Source of the DNA: Phoronis australis | Lineage: Eukaryota > Animalia > Phoronida | Direction of reading: 5' to 3' | Assembly (NCBI GenBank): GCA_002633005.1 | Contig: NMRA01000005.1 | Coordinates: forward strand, 537,913-601,912 | Length of the DNA: 64,000 nucleotides | Shown: piece after piece, positions 1 through 11,081 of the stretch | How the letters are laid out: each line of letters opens with the position of its first letter | How positions within the stretch are numbered: position 1 is the stretch's first letter | Program-made: the position numbers and the translations under genes | Notes under the pieces: model-generated | The model's input: the letters and a program-made list of their open reading frames with translations, nothing else | What the model was told of the DNA's origin: nothing | Databases searched by the model: none

Positions 1-1614
1 TAAGTCATAAAATGGTAATTGCCGACCAAGGACACGCTAAATCCGAATTGGTCGTCTACGCTAGGCGACCATTTAGCCGACCCAAGTGCCGACCACAGAG
101 GCGACTCAGCAGACGGCTCCTAGCCGACCGTTGTTGGTCGGCTGCTGGTCGGCTAGACGACCGGTCGACGGCCGGTCGTCGACCAATTTCCGACCGGTCG
201 GCCAAAAATTCGTGATGTGTGCTGTATATAGTACCTGTACACATACGTGTCTTCCTTACATAATATATCTTACTTTTGTTAATTAATCTGCCCACGATAT
301 AATCTCGTGATCACTTCTTAGTGACACAAGTGCTACTTATATCTCTCTCATTAATTTGCACTGTGTAGCTACTATCCAACGAATCCTTATCCTTTATTTA
401 TATGTTTTCTGTGGCACTAGTCACTTTCGTTCCAACTCATCGTTCGTTTCACCTGTGATTGCATACTGTGTGATCGTTCGGATGGACTTATTATCTTTGC
501 TTTCGCGTCCATCTTCTCATTATGCCTGTTTGTACATTGACACTTTATATCTATCTCTAACTACTGCCATTAATAGATGACATTTAATAACTTCACTTTC
601 GGTCCCATTTTAATGTGAATTAACTTCACTGATCATACCATACATGTAGGCCTATGCAAACATGAACGACAGAAACATGCCTTTAGACCTTATCCAATAA
701 GATTTGACAGAATCGTTAAAGAGAACCGCAACGTGAAAAACGGACAATATTGCTTTATTCAAAGTAGTTCTCTGCCACTGAAAGAGAATTCAACCTATTC
801 ACCAGGAATTTTTACGACTTGTTCGCAAAGATTTTTAATTTCTTTTCATATCAAATGTTCTTTTAGTTTCAATTTTCAAAAAAAAAAACGATTTGTCAAC
901 TGCTCGTCATTGATTTTTCTCCCACAATGCAAAGCATGTCTCCTTCGGTATGGCAAGACGTAGCACAGTTCCCTTACATAGAAAATGTGACGTTTGGACT
1001 TTGATGTAAACAAAACAATGGCCACTTCAAGCAGCAGTCAGTCATATTAAGAGGCAATTGATGTAAGTCCTAACTGTTTAAAATTTGTTATAAAGGTATT
1101 GTACTATCCAAATATTATATTCTAAAGTGCTCTTGGAATTATTTTTTAATTGCTCGCTTCACTGGCTTGCCTCATACTGTGCTGCCGACCTCAGATTCAT
1201 AGTGCAATCACACATAGTAACCTGCCGTTATTATCCATCTTGTCAGTCAGCTGTTTGTAGAACGACTGTGAGCGTATGCCCGCATTTATCATCTTCAAGT
1301 GAGAAGGAGATTAAAAATTAAAAACTCTGTGGTTACCACAGCTTTTTCTGCGCGCGTGTTTCAAAAATCGTGAATTTATGTTTTTTTCTGGATATTTCCT
1401 CACGGGGGAAAGTGAATAAGTCTGTAGAAGAAGTTGCGAGATGTTACTTTAGTCAAGAATTGTTTAAAATATATATTTGACGATCTTTGGTGTTCCATGC
1501 CTCTTAAAGGTAAGGGGTGAAATGAAACCGGACAAGCTTTCAAATTTATTAATAGAGCTATTAGTTTCGATTGGCCTTAAACACAGGTAGTGAAATCATT
1601 GACAGCTACCTTAG

Positions 1615-2580
1615 CTGGGGCCCGTGTCATGATTTTTTTCTGTCTTACCTTGGACCGAAATCACGCCAAATTAAGACCAAAACGCCAAGGCCAGTTTCAT
1701 GAAACAAAGACAAAATGTACACCGGAATCGGTCTAAGCTAATACCGAAAGTTAGCCTGTTGCGTAGTAGGCTTAAAAGTGGTCTTTTGGTCTAAAAAACC
1801 AAAATTTAGGACTATTACCAACTGTTGAGGAACAGATTTCCATGATATTTTTCTTTGGCTAATGTCCCTAAACAATGTCAAATTGAAGATCGCCTGCTTT
1901 CGATTCAAGAAGCGTCAAAGGCCATAACCTGGTTCCCAGGGCTCACACTCTGACGTCAGGGATAGTGTGTGAAGACCTACCCAGCTAAAATACAGTGTAG
2001 AGGGTCTGGGCAGAAGACAACAAAAGCTGTAGAGACAGCGCAGTCCCACCTACCGGCACCTATGAAATGATATTTTCCAGTCATACTGCGATATTCTCAA
2101 GCAAACGATATCCTAAGTTGGCCTATATCCAAAACGTTAATAAATTTCCGTTTAGACTTTCAAGACCAATATAATTCTGAAACCGTATTTCACACAACGC
2201 ATCGTTTAGTTTTGTGAATTCGCAACAGGTGACGAAAGCGTCGTTTTTCATGTAGGCCTGTCAGTGCTGTAGTGGTAAAATAAGAGGTAAGTTGGCGCCC
2301 AAAGCCCACTGTATTACCTTGAGCATTGAACGTAACTTACGGTGCGTAGGCGCTACGTTCAAATGCCAAAAGGTGGTTGGGTGCGCCGAAGTGCGCCTAC
2401 GCCCAACTACGGTACTGAGGCCTGTGCACAAAACTCGATCCAAGTTCTGTCTAAGTTAGACGGATGACCATTTTAAACTACGACTTCGTGTTAATGAACG
2501 ATCTTTTCTGAATTTTCTTAACTTAGCCATTTTTGGTCAGTGTTAAGTCTTAAAGTTAGTGTTCATGAAACGGGTCCGTG
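1615..2580. mobile_element. Degenerate MITE-like element (TIR ~GGGCCCGTTTCATGA)
   Basis: ctggggcccgtgtcatga at 1615 and tcatgaaacgggtccgtg ending at 2580 are imperfect inverted termini. A related end (cttaagtcc..ttcatgaaacagacccctg) recurs at 57940-58193. TSD not resolved. Confidence 0.4.
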
Positions 2581-4411
2581 GTGAGTAGTCAGTGGCGTGG
2601 TTCCCCCTACCTACCTACTTATCTACCCTGTTTGCTAAAAAGTCACGTGAAGACGTCTCACGGTGTGCGATCTCGTGCCACAGCATCCCTGGGTTAATCT
2701 GTCTAAAAACAGCCGAAATGGTTATGGACAACTATTGTCCGGGGTAATCAAACTTAGGCAAGTAAAGTTGCTCGACACCTCACTTAATATCCCAACAGGC
2801 ATTCTGTGACGTTGCCAATAGGCAGTATAGCCGATACAAAGTCCCGGAACGAGTGCCGCTCATATTTGCATTCGTGACAGACTTAGTAGTATTGAAAATA
2901 TAACCATCATAAATTGAATTAATGTCTCACAAAAATAGAATAATGGTCAATATTAATAAGTTTTTGTCTTTCGTACAAATATTATTTACGATATTATTCC
3001 AGAACCACGTCAGACATGATTTAAATTGATACTTACAAGTTTTCCTCGACTTGTGATTATTTGCGAATAGAGGTTGACAAATGTTTAGCATTTATGACTG
3101 ACAGAATGCGTATTTATTATACGCATGCCGTGTGATTTATACATACAACACCCAACAGTTAACGATGATAAATGTCTGTTCAATGCATCCACCGTAAATG
3201 TCGGTATATAAATATTTATAAGCTCAAGGCGTACTTTCTGAAAATGTTTTCGCGGGACCAAAAATCCAATCCAGAAATGCAGCCCTGCATGTTCATGTAT
3301 TTGGCAGCCGTGCCCAATATCCGCGTGGATATATGTGTGATTCGCCGTGTAGGCCGAGAGCAAAGCGCATTGACAAAGCAACAATGCCCCCCAGAACAAC
3401 GAATATAGAATTGAAGTTTCTTTATTTTTTCCGAGTGAACACAGATTTAACACGAATGTACGACCCATGAGTATTTTGCTTGAATGCGCTAGCAGGGTGT
3501 ATGCTTGGGTTCTATGGAAACCACATAAACATCAAGAGACAGTTCCAGTTATCACAGGAGATGGCACGGTAGAGTTTGCGGACATTGGCGTGATTAATAT
3601 CGATTATCGATGTAATGCGTGAATGTTATATGGCAATTATGGAAATAAACTCAACGACTTGCTTTTGATTCTGTGCAGAGTTTTTGTTTTAAATTTCACG
3701 CATGAATGAATTTAATAGGTTGAGTCTTCAGCCTTAAAAATATCGACTTGCTAATTATATTCAAGCGGATAATATCCATCTCTAGGCTATATATTCATTC
3801 ATTATGATCATTTCGAGTACAAAGAGTTGGAAAAATACGTGCCACTTGTTTTTCGTGTGGAAAACTATGACGGAAAATTGTCCCACGTTTCCTTATCAAT
3901 AAGCTTGCGTCGTACTTAACTTTAAAATTTAATTGATGGATAATCTAGCAATTTTTTAGCTTCTGATAGCACGTCCCAAATTTCAGAGTAATAATTGCTT
4001 GGTGCAGGATCCAGATATTGTCACGTACAGACGGTACACGCCAAAATGTTCAGACGAAATGATCCTGAATTTCCAGTTAAGGCGGCTGAGCAAAAGCAAA
4101 TTTGTCCGTCGTGCCGGCCGAGTGCAAGTGGAATTCACCGTCATGTCAGGTCGTGACGGGCCATTACCCGTCATGATGGGAAACGCGTTTTGTCCGTGTA
4201 CGTTTGTTGTGTTCTGTGTTAACAGACTGGAAAATTGACTTACTTGTCGAAAAAGAAATAAGTTACAAACTAATTAATCGTGAACTATTTCTGAGTCCAC
4301 ACTCTATTTCTCAGCTTGATGCCGAGAAATATCAGCCAATTTCACAATAGTAATACAGTAACCGTTCGAAAACAGGTTTGTTGCGTGTTGTATACGCAGT
4401 GCTGACCTAAT

Positions 4412-4577
4412 AATTGACCCATAGCAAGCTCCTCCCCTTGCTAAAAGTCGACAAACAAACAATGAGTTTTACCCAGCAGCGTGTTGTTTGTCGGGTAAAA
4501 TGGCGGCTTGGAAACGAAGGTGTGTCAAGAGTGCTGGGTTCTGATTGGTCACTCAAAATCCTGGCGATAGGCCAATT
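4412..4577. mobile_element. ~170-bp MITE, copy 1 (termini AATTGACC..AT / ATAGG.CAATT)
   Basis: Inverted termini aattgacccat ... ataggccaatt. Body is nearly identical to 5323-5499 (gtgttgtttgtcgggtaaaatggc.gcttggaaacgaaggtgtgtcaaga). Confidence 0.65.
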
Positions 4578-5322
4578 AATGGCTCTCAGCTACTCTTCAT
4601 CCTCGTAGGAGTAGCTTTGAGGTGCCACATGCATAGATATCATGGACTGCTTGATCGACTAGTTAGATGTCATTAGTGAAAATTTCATTTAGAAATGCTG
4701 CTTTGGGGTCATTTTCTCAATTTCTACGAGCTACACGCATTGGACGTCCCACTTGTGCGGCTTCTCGAGCTTCGAGAATCTCGTTTCGGTGATGACAAAT
4801 TCGGTTCATCTTCCAAAACAACTGACCGTTCGTTAAGCTGGCTGTCACTCCATGCACTAGATCAACGACAGCCTTGGACAAAATGGACAATGTCCACATG
4901 TGCCTAAGCGAAATGCAGGGCGATTTTTTTGCTCTGTATGTCTTCATTGCGATAACTGGCTAGCGAATCCTAAGTCAATTCTAGTAAACTTTTATATTTG
5001 CTTTTTGGTTAAAGTTTTGGTGTTTCCAAGCCAATACGTGTAGGAACTTTCTTCCGTCGTCACTGAACAAAGGTCACAGACAAGTGTCAGATTTCCATTA
5101 AAGGATGTATCGAGAAGATTAATGAAGAGATGACAAAAATCGGAGTTTTCGAACAGGCAACTCAGCTTAATTATGAATGAACTTCGTGGGTCACGAATAT
5201 GTTGATTTTGTAGGAATTGGGCCATACATATATTTGTGGGTGTTAATTATTTGCAACGGAAAGGTGACGGGTAAATTTCCTGTATAAGAAATGAGGCAAG
5301 GATAGTTGTAGTATCACTACCA

Positions 5323-5499
5323 AATTGACCTATCGGAAGCTCTGCCCCCTTGCGACATGTCGCAAAAAACAATAAGTTTTACCCGGCAACGTGTTGTTTG
5401 TCGGGTAAAATGGCAGCTTGGAAACGAAGGTGTGTCAAGAATGCTGCATTCTGATTGGTAACTTAAGCCGTCACTCAAAGTCCTGGCGATAGGTCAATT
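5323..5499. mobile_element. ~170-bp MITE, copy 2
   Basis: Perfect 12-bp TIR aattgacctatc ... gataggtcaatt. Direct-repeat homology to 4412-4577. Confidence 0.7.
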
Positions 5500-5653
5500 A
5501 ACCCATGGACTATAGTACATGGACCGCCAACTCCGTATACTTTCAATGGACGAAATCTGTGATCTTACGCATAAGCCCTTACGTCATTATTCACTGGCGA
5601 CACCTAGAGAAATTTTATGGTGCAATTTCCGGCAAATACGTCGTCTGTTAATC

Positions 5654-5848
5654 ATGGTCGGCTACTGTGTGGCCGGTTGTTCGGCCATACACCCGAAATG
5701 CAAAGGAATTAGCTTCCATACCATCCGAAGACCCCATAATCGGCTGTTGGAAGAAATGCTTACTTCTTGTGTCAAGGTGAATGGCAGTTGTTTCAGCAAT
5801 AAGACTTTATACATTTGTTCAAGGCACCTCGAAGATGAATGTTTTTAA
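5654..5848 (+). pseudogene. THAP zinc-finger (C2CH) fragment, probably transposon-derived
   Basis: MVGYCVAGCS...GISFHTI...LYICSRHLEDECF* matches the THAP pattern (CxxxxC...FH...CxxHF-like). It stops right after the domain, lacks the conserved Pro and Trp, and lies 150 bp inside a repeat end (ccatggactatagtacatggaccgccaact at 5502) that recurs at 22821. Confidence 0.55.
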
Positions 5849-8787
5849 GAGACCCTAGTCTACTACTTAAACCTGTCCTCACAAATCCATTTTTCTTTTC
5901 TCCGTTTTGATGAAAACTATCTGGTGAACTTTTTGACGAAAATTGTCCGCTAAATTTCTTCCAAAGAACTCATGAACTCCTGTCCTTTCGAGGAACTTCA
6001 GTCATAGTCTAGTGAGCGAATTAACCAAATTACTCTTCGCTGGCACTGATCAGACGGTTGGTCTCAGCAGAATGCGCACATTTAGCCAGGATTTGGATCA
6101 GCGATTTCAACAAATGCACATTCGTGTACAAATAAATAGAACGCTGATAAAACATTTAACACAAATAAAGATTACATTAATACTTCAGAAATAACCAACT
6201 GGACCAGTCAAACTCTATCTCGCAATTCAACAGCAGGTTACACAATATATGCCGCACAAAATCTCTCGACTGTAGTCTATGAAAATGCAAACAACTTCTT
6301 TGAAAACATGGAACAGGAACACCAGAGGGGTGTGAAGGTTGTTTTTATTCTTCAATGTTAAATTTTTGTAAGCGGACAAATGGTTTTAAAATTTCCGCCT
6401 TAAGCCATTGAAACGAACGTTTATGATGAAAACAAAATTCTTCAACCTGTTTTGTAAAGTCCTATGCCACCTGTAGGGTACATAATGAGCCAATCCCACT
6501 CCTAATGTAAAAAAGGGTCCCGTGCATAAAATATACTAAGCATTGCCCTTCTGAAATACTACCGTATTCGCCATAATAAGCGGCCAGGTCGCTTAGAAAA
6601 ATCGCTTCAGGAAGGGGGCGCCTATTATAGCCCAAAAGTGTTTGAAACCTGGTCTCCGAAACAGGTGAAATCGTAAGCTAGAATCATCAAATTTACGCTC
6701 TTTGACGAATCTGTAACCTATGACAGAGTTTCTACAAACTGCAGTGTATTGCTATCAAACTTTGTTGTCAACTTACGAGCATTTTTCAGAAAATCCCACT
6801 GCCAAAAATTGCCGTGAATCAGGTTTCAAGCTCCCCAGCTTGGTTTAACTATATATTAATAAACCATAAAAATGGTTCCAAGTGATCAGTGCAATGCCTG
6901 CGCAAGTCTAATAAATGTGTATCATGCAGCTCCTGATTTAAACAAAGGTCTGTTTTTTTAATTTTGGTCCGGTAACAATAACGCCACAGACCGGGAAATC
7001 CAGCGAAACACTTCTACCTTACAAATCTGACAATCCCTAGTCTCAGAATATTTGAGCACCCGGCAAAAGATACCAATGATGAAATTCTGGTGATGATAAT
7101 CACCCACTTTGTTTCTTTACTTCACTTCAATTTGAAATACTTGGCAAAATGAAGCCCATTCGAGTAAGCATCATGTGGGTCCCAATGCCAACCCAATATA
7201 TGATAGAACCCAACAAGCTCAAGTTGCAGGCAAATCAGGATGGGCATAAATAAGGAAATTTACTGTATCAACAGATTGGCCAAATAAGAATAAGATATGA
7301 AGTGTTGCTACAGTGCACACGTGCACGATTCTTGGTCTATTATTTTCCCGCCGTAAATGCATGAACCAATCAGATCACCAATGGCGCAAAGTTTTCGAAA
7401 ACAGCTCGATTTTTAGGAAGTCCTGTTACTGTTCTATTTATTTTCAGAACTTTATTGTGTTACATTTAATTTATTTTCTGTTTAACTGAATGAAGCCACC
7501 TAATATGAATGCATTCAACACAATTAATCCATTGTAAAAACCAAAAGCTATGCTCTATCAAAGTTAGACAAAATCAGTACACCCCTTTCTTAAAAATGGG
7601 TTAAAAGTTAGAAACAAAGGACACAAGTTTCCATTACTTGTAACGTCGATTTTCGACATTGATTTAACTCTCACAAATCCATAGTATTAGTTGATTCAAA
7701 AGTTTTCTTTTATTTATGCCGAGTTGTTTAAACTGTGCATTGCTTTTCGGCAGCCATTTTTTAATGACTCCTATGGTCGTCATATGCTGCCGCGTTTTTG
7801 AAAGAACAGAAAACCACACAGAAAAAGGCCAAGAAAATAGTGGAAAGTGATTTAAAAGAATTCTACTTCAACCACAAACTATTTTACTAGTATGATATCG
7901 ATTTTTAAATCGATTAAAATAGATTTAGAATTTCAGTTCTGGAAAATAAATCGCAAACGGTTTTATTCCAGATAGACCTTACTTATTTTCTATTTGGGTC
8001 CTCTTTATTTAACTTTTTGCTCTTGTTGTTTTTAACACCACTTATCTCTGCTGTCTTTCTTTTTCTTCTCAGTTTTTCTCCATTCTCTGTTAACACCTTG
8101 TCAGCCAAAACAGAACTGTAACCCTTTGAGACTTGGTCGGCGGAAGTTGATCATTGAACCTCGATACAATTGCTCTAATGAATTATCCAATATCGTATTG
8201 TTTGATTTTTTCTCACCTTTAACAGGCTTCTGCAATCATAAATAAATAAATAAATACCCAAGTTGCATTTGCATTTTATTGCTCAATCTCTTCTTTTATT
8301 TTTATTATGTCACGCTGTGTTGTGTGTAACAATGCAATATAGTGAAATAAAGTCCATGTTTTACTTTATTGGTGGCCATTCTCTATCAATTTAAGTATTT
8401 TAATTTTCTTCAAATAAATTCAAAATGCTTTAACCAAAAATTTCAACACAAATTTTGAGCTCAGTACTTTGTTTTGCAATAAAAAACAAGTGGACAATAT
8501 TTTGATGACCAAGGCGTGGGCCGAAACTGTTAAGCACCCAGCGTGTTCCAATTGTCTGCTGCGTTTTTCCTTTGGCCTAACAGGTGTCGGTTAGCGCCCG
8601 GGACAAATAGATACATTGTATAAACAATCCTTATTTTGTTTTTTGTTTCGTCTAAAGAAAATTTAATTTCGAAAATATCTTCTGAAAATGAATAAAAATG
8701 TGCATTTGTAAAATCTACAAGTTTTCAAGTGGTCTCAAAAAAAAAAAAGTCGGTGAATGCACTAATTTTAGTCTCAGTTCTTCCATG

Positions 8788-11081
8788 GCAAAAGGTACCC
8801 GCTCATCCAAAACCTTTACGGCGAACAGATGGCGCTTCTCATCAATCACGTGTCATTTTATCGCTCAAATAAGACTGTCTGCCAGAGAATCCAAACACCT
8901 TGACCTACATTCTGCTGCTGCTGACTGTAGCCACAGGTCACGAGAGTTCATGAACCAGACAGTGTATGTCCTGACGAGTGGCGAATTTGTGTGGAAAAGA
9001 AATCTTTGTGTCCGACATTCCATGTTTAAAACCCCATTTGTAATAACTATTTATAACATATAATTAAGATGAAAGTGTTAATAATCTACGCTGTTGTGGT
9101 TGCTCGGCCTAAACGCTGAGGTAAAATATATATTCAATGAACGTGACCATAGTGAGGCTACTAAACCGGGCCCGGCCACTTTTCCGCCCGGCGAGATTTT
9201 GGCAACTCAACAACCATAATTTTAATTAGGTTGAAATATAGCCACTATATTTTTAAATTATGCTTGAATTATACATGGTGATATGCATGTTAGGTTTTAT
9301 TCTCTTGCGATATTTTCTTTTTCGTTCAGTGTCTCGTTAGCCAACAACACTGAGCCCAGCAGACCGGACTGGCCGTGGCACGGGACGGCAGCTGATGGTT
9401 CACCAAGTAGAAACGTCTGTAATATGTTTTATGTTCTTTCAACACTAAGGCAAAAGAGAGTGGTTTCAACTGATATAGTATCTATTTAACGAACTGAACC
9501 ATGCACTACGAACACGTTGGTGGCCATGATTAATAACAGCTGACAGTATAAACAAAGAGTGAAGCACTGAGCTCATCATGTCACGTTGTCACAACGGCGA
9601 TGTGACGTCAGCAGCTGTAGAATGTAGGTCAAGGTGCTGGGTCAAGATTCAGTTTAACCTGGTTCCCGGGCGCAAAAGGTACCCGCTCATCCAAAACCTT
9701 TACGGCTAACAGATGGCGCTGGATGCAATGATGCTTTACTAACAGGCAGCGCTGCTTACAGTCATGTGACATTCTTGTGAATCTTGTGTTGATAGAACAT
9801 TAAATACAGACGTTTCTACTTGGTGAACCAGTCAGCTGCCGTGTCTTGCCACAGCCAGTCCGGTCTGCTGGGCTCAGTGTTGTTGGCTAACGAGACACTG
9901 AACGAAAAAGAAAATATCGCAGAGAATAAAACCTAACATGTATATCACCATGTATAATTCAAGCATAATTTTAAAAAAATATAGTGGTTATGTTTCAACC
10001 TAATTAAAATTATGGTTGTGAAGTTGCCAAAATCTCGCCGGGCGGAAAAGTGGCCGGGCCCGGTTTAGTAGCCTCACCATGGTCACGTTCATTGAATATA
10101 TATTTTACCCCAGCGTTTAGGCCGAGCAACCACAACAGCGTATATTATTAACACTTTCATCTTAATTATATGTTATAAATAGTTGTTACAAATATGGGGT
10201 TTTAAACATGGAATGTCGGACACAAAGATTTCTTTTCCACACAAATTCGCCACTCATCAGGACATACACTGTCTGGTTCATGAACTCTCGTGACCTGTGG
10301 TTACAGTCAGCAGCAGCAGAATGTAGGTCAAGGTTCTTGGCAGACAGCAGAGACCGTAGAGAGCGTCTTTGGCAGGCAGAATGGTGAATGTTGGCCAATT
10401 CCCTTTTGTCCACTGACGTCACAAGCATACTGGCGCCCCCAGTGGAGGCCCTAAGAACTCGTAAACAAGCATGCTGGCGACTGTGGTTAAAGCATTTTTT
10501 ATGATTTTTCCAGAGTCGCTATGTTTTAGTGTGTTTTTAAAATAATGTTGCATGTCATACCTCTCAGAAAATTAATATTGTTCCAATAAATTAAGAAAAT
10601 TGGAATATTCATTCTCGCGATCCTGCAACACCATCCAAATGTTCTTCTGTGTTACACACGGCAAAGCCAGAGTTTTATCCCCACGCGAAATAGCCTCGTT
10701 TACGCTCGACTAAAAAGGAATCTTTCAATCATAATTAATTGATATTATATACCATTCATTATTATATTCCATGCATTATGTTTTTAGAAAAAAAACGATA
10801 CTCAACGTCCCACAATAAATACAAGTCTGTTCGCCAGCTTGGCTCGGCCGTTGCTAGGCTGGATACTATCGGGTTCATGAACTCGGTTTATGTATGAGTT
10901 CTCAGGGCCTCCACTGGGGGCGCCAGTATGCTAGTGACGTCAGTGGACAAAAGGGGAATTGGCCAACATTCACCATTCTGCCTTTGGCAGACAGTCTTAC
11001 TTGAGCCATAAAATGACACGTGATTGATGAAAAGCGTCATCTGTTAGCCGTAAAGGTTTTGGATGAGCGGGTACCTTTTGC
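8788..11081. mobile_element. Non-autonomous foldback DNA transposon, 9-bp TSD (Mutator/MULE-like)
   Basis: Termini gcaaaaggtacccgctcatccaaaacctttacggc / gccgtaaaggttttggatgagcgggtaccttttgc. Flanked by tcttccatg at 8779-8787 and 11082-11090. Long inverted arms ~8788-9421 vs ~9805-10345 plus 10985-11081. No transposase ORF. Confidence 0.85.
10376..10981. mobile_element. MITE with ~85-bp TIRs and 9-bp TSD nested in the foldback element
   Basis: TIR gcagaatggtgaatgttggccaattccc...gaactc / gagttc...ggccaacattcaccattctgc. TSD ctttggcag at 10367-10375 and 10982-10990. Confidence 0.85.

Noticed and set aside
12-215. Arg-rich ORFs on both strands at the window start
   Set aside because: They arise from ccgac/gtcgg subrepeats, probably the end of a MITE truncated by the window edge.
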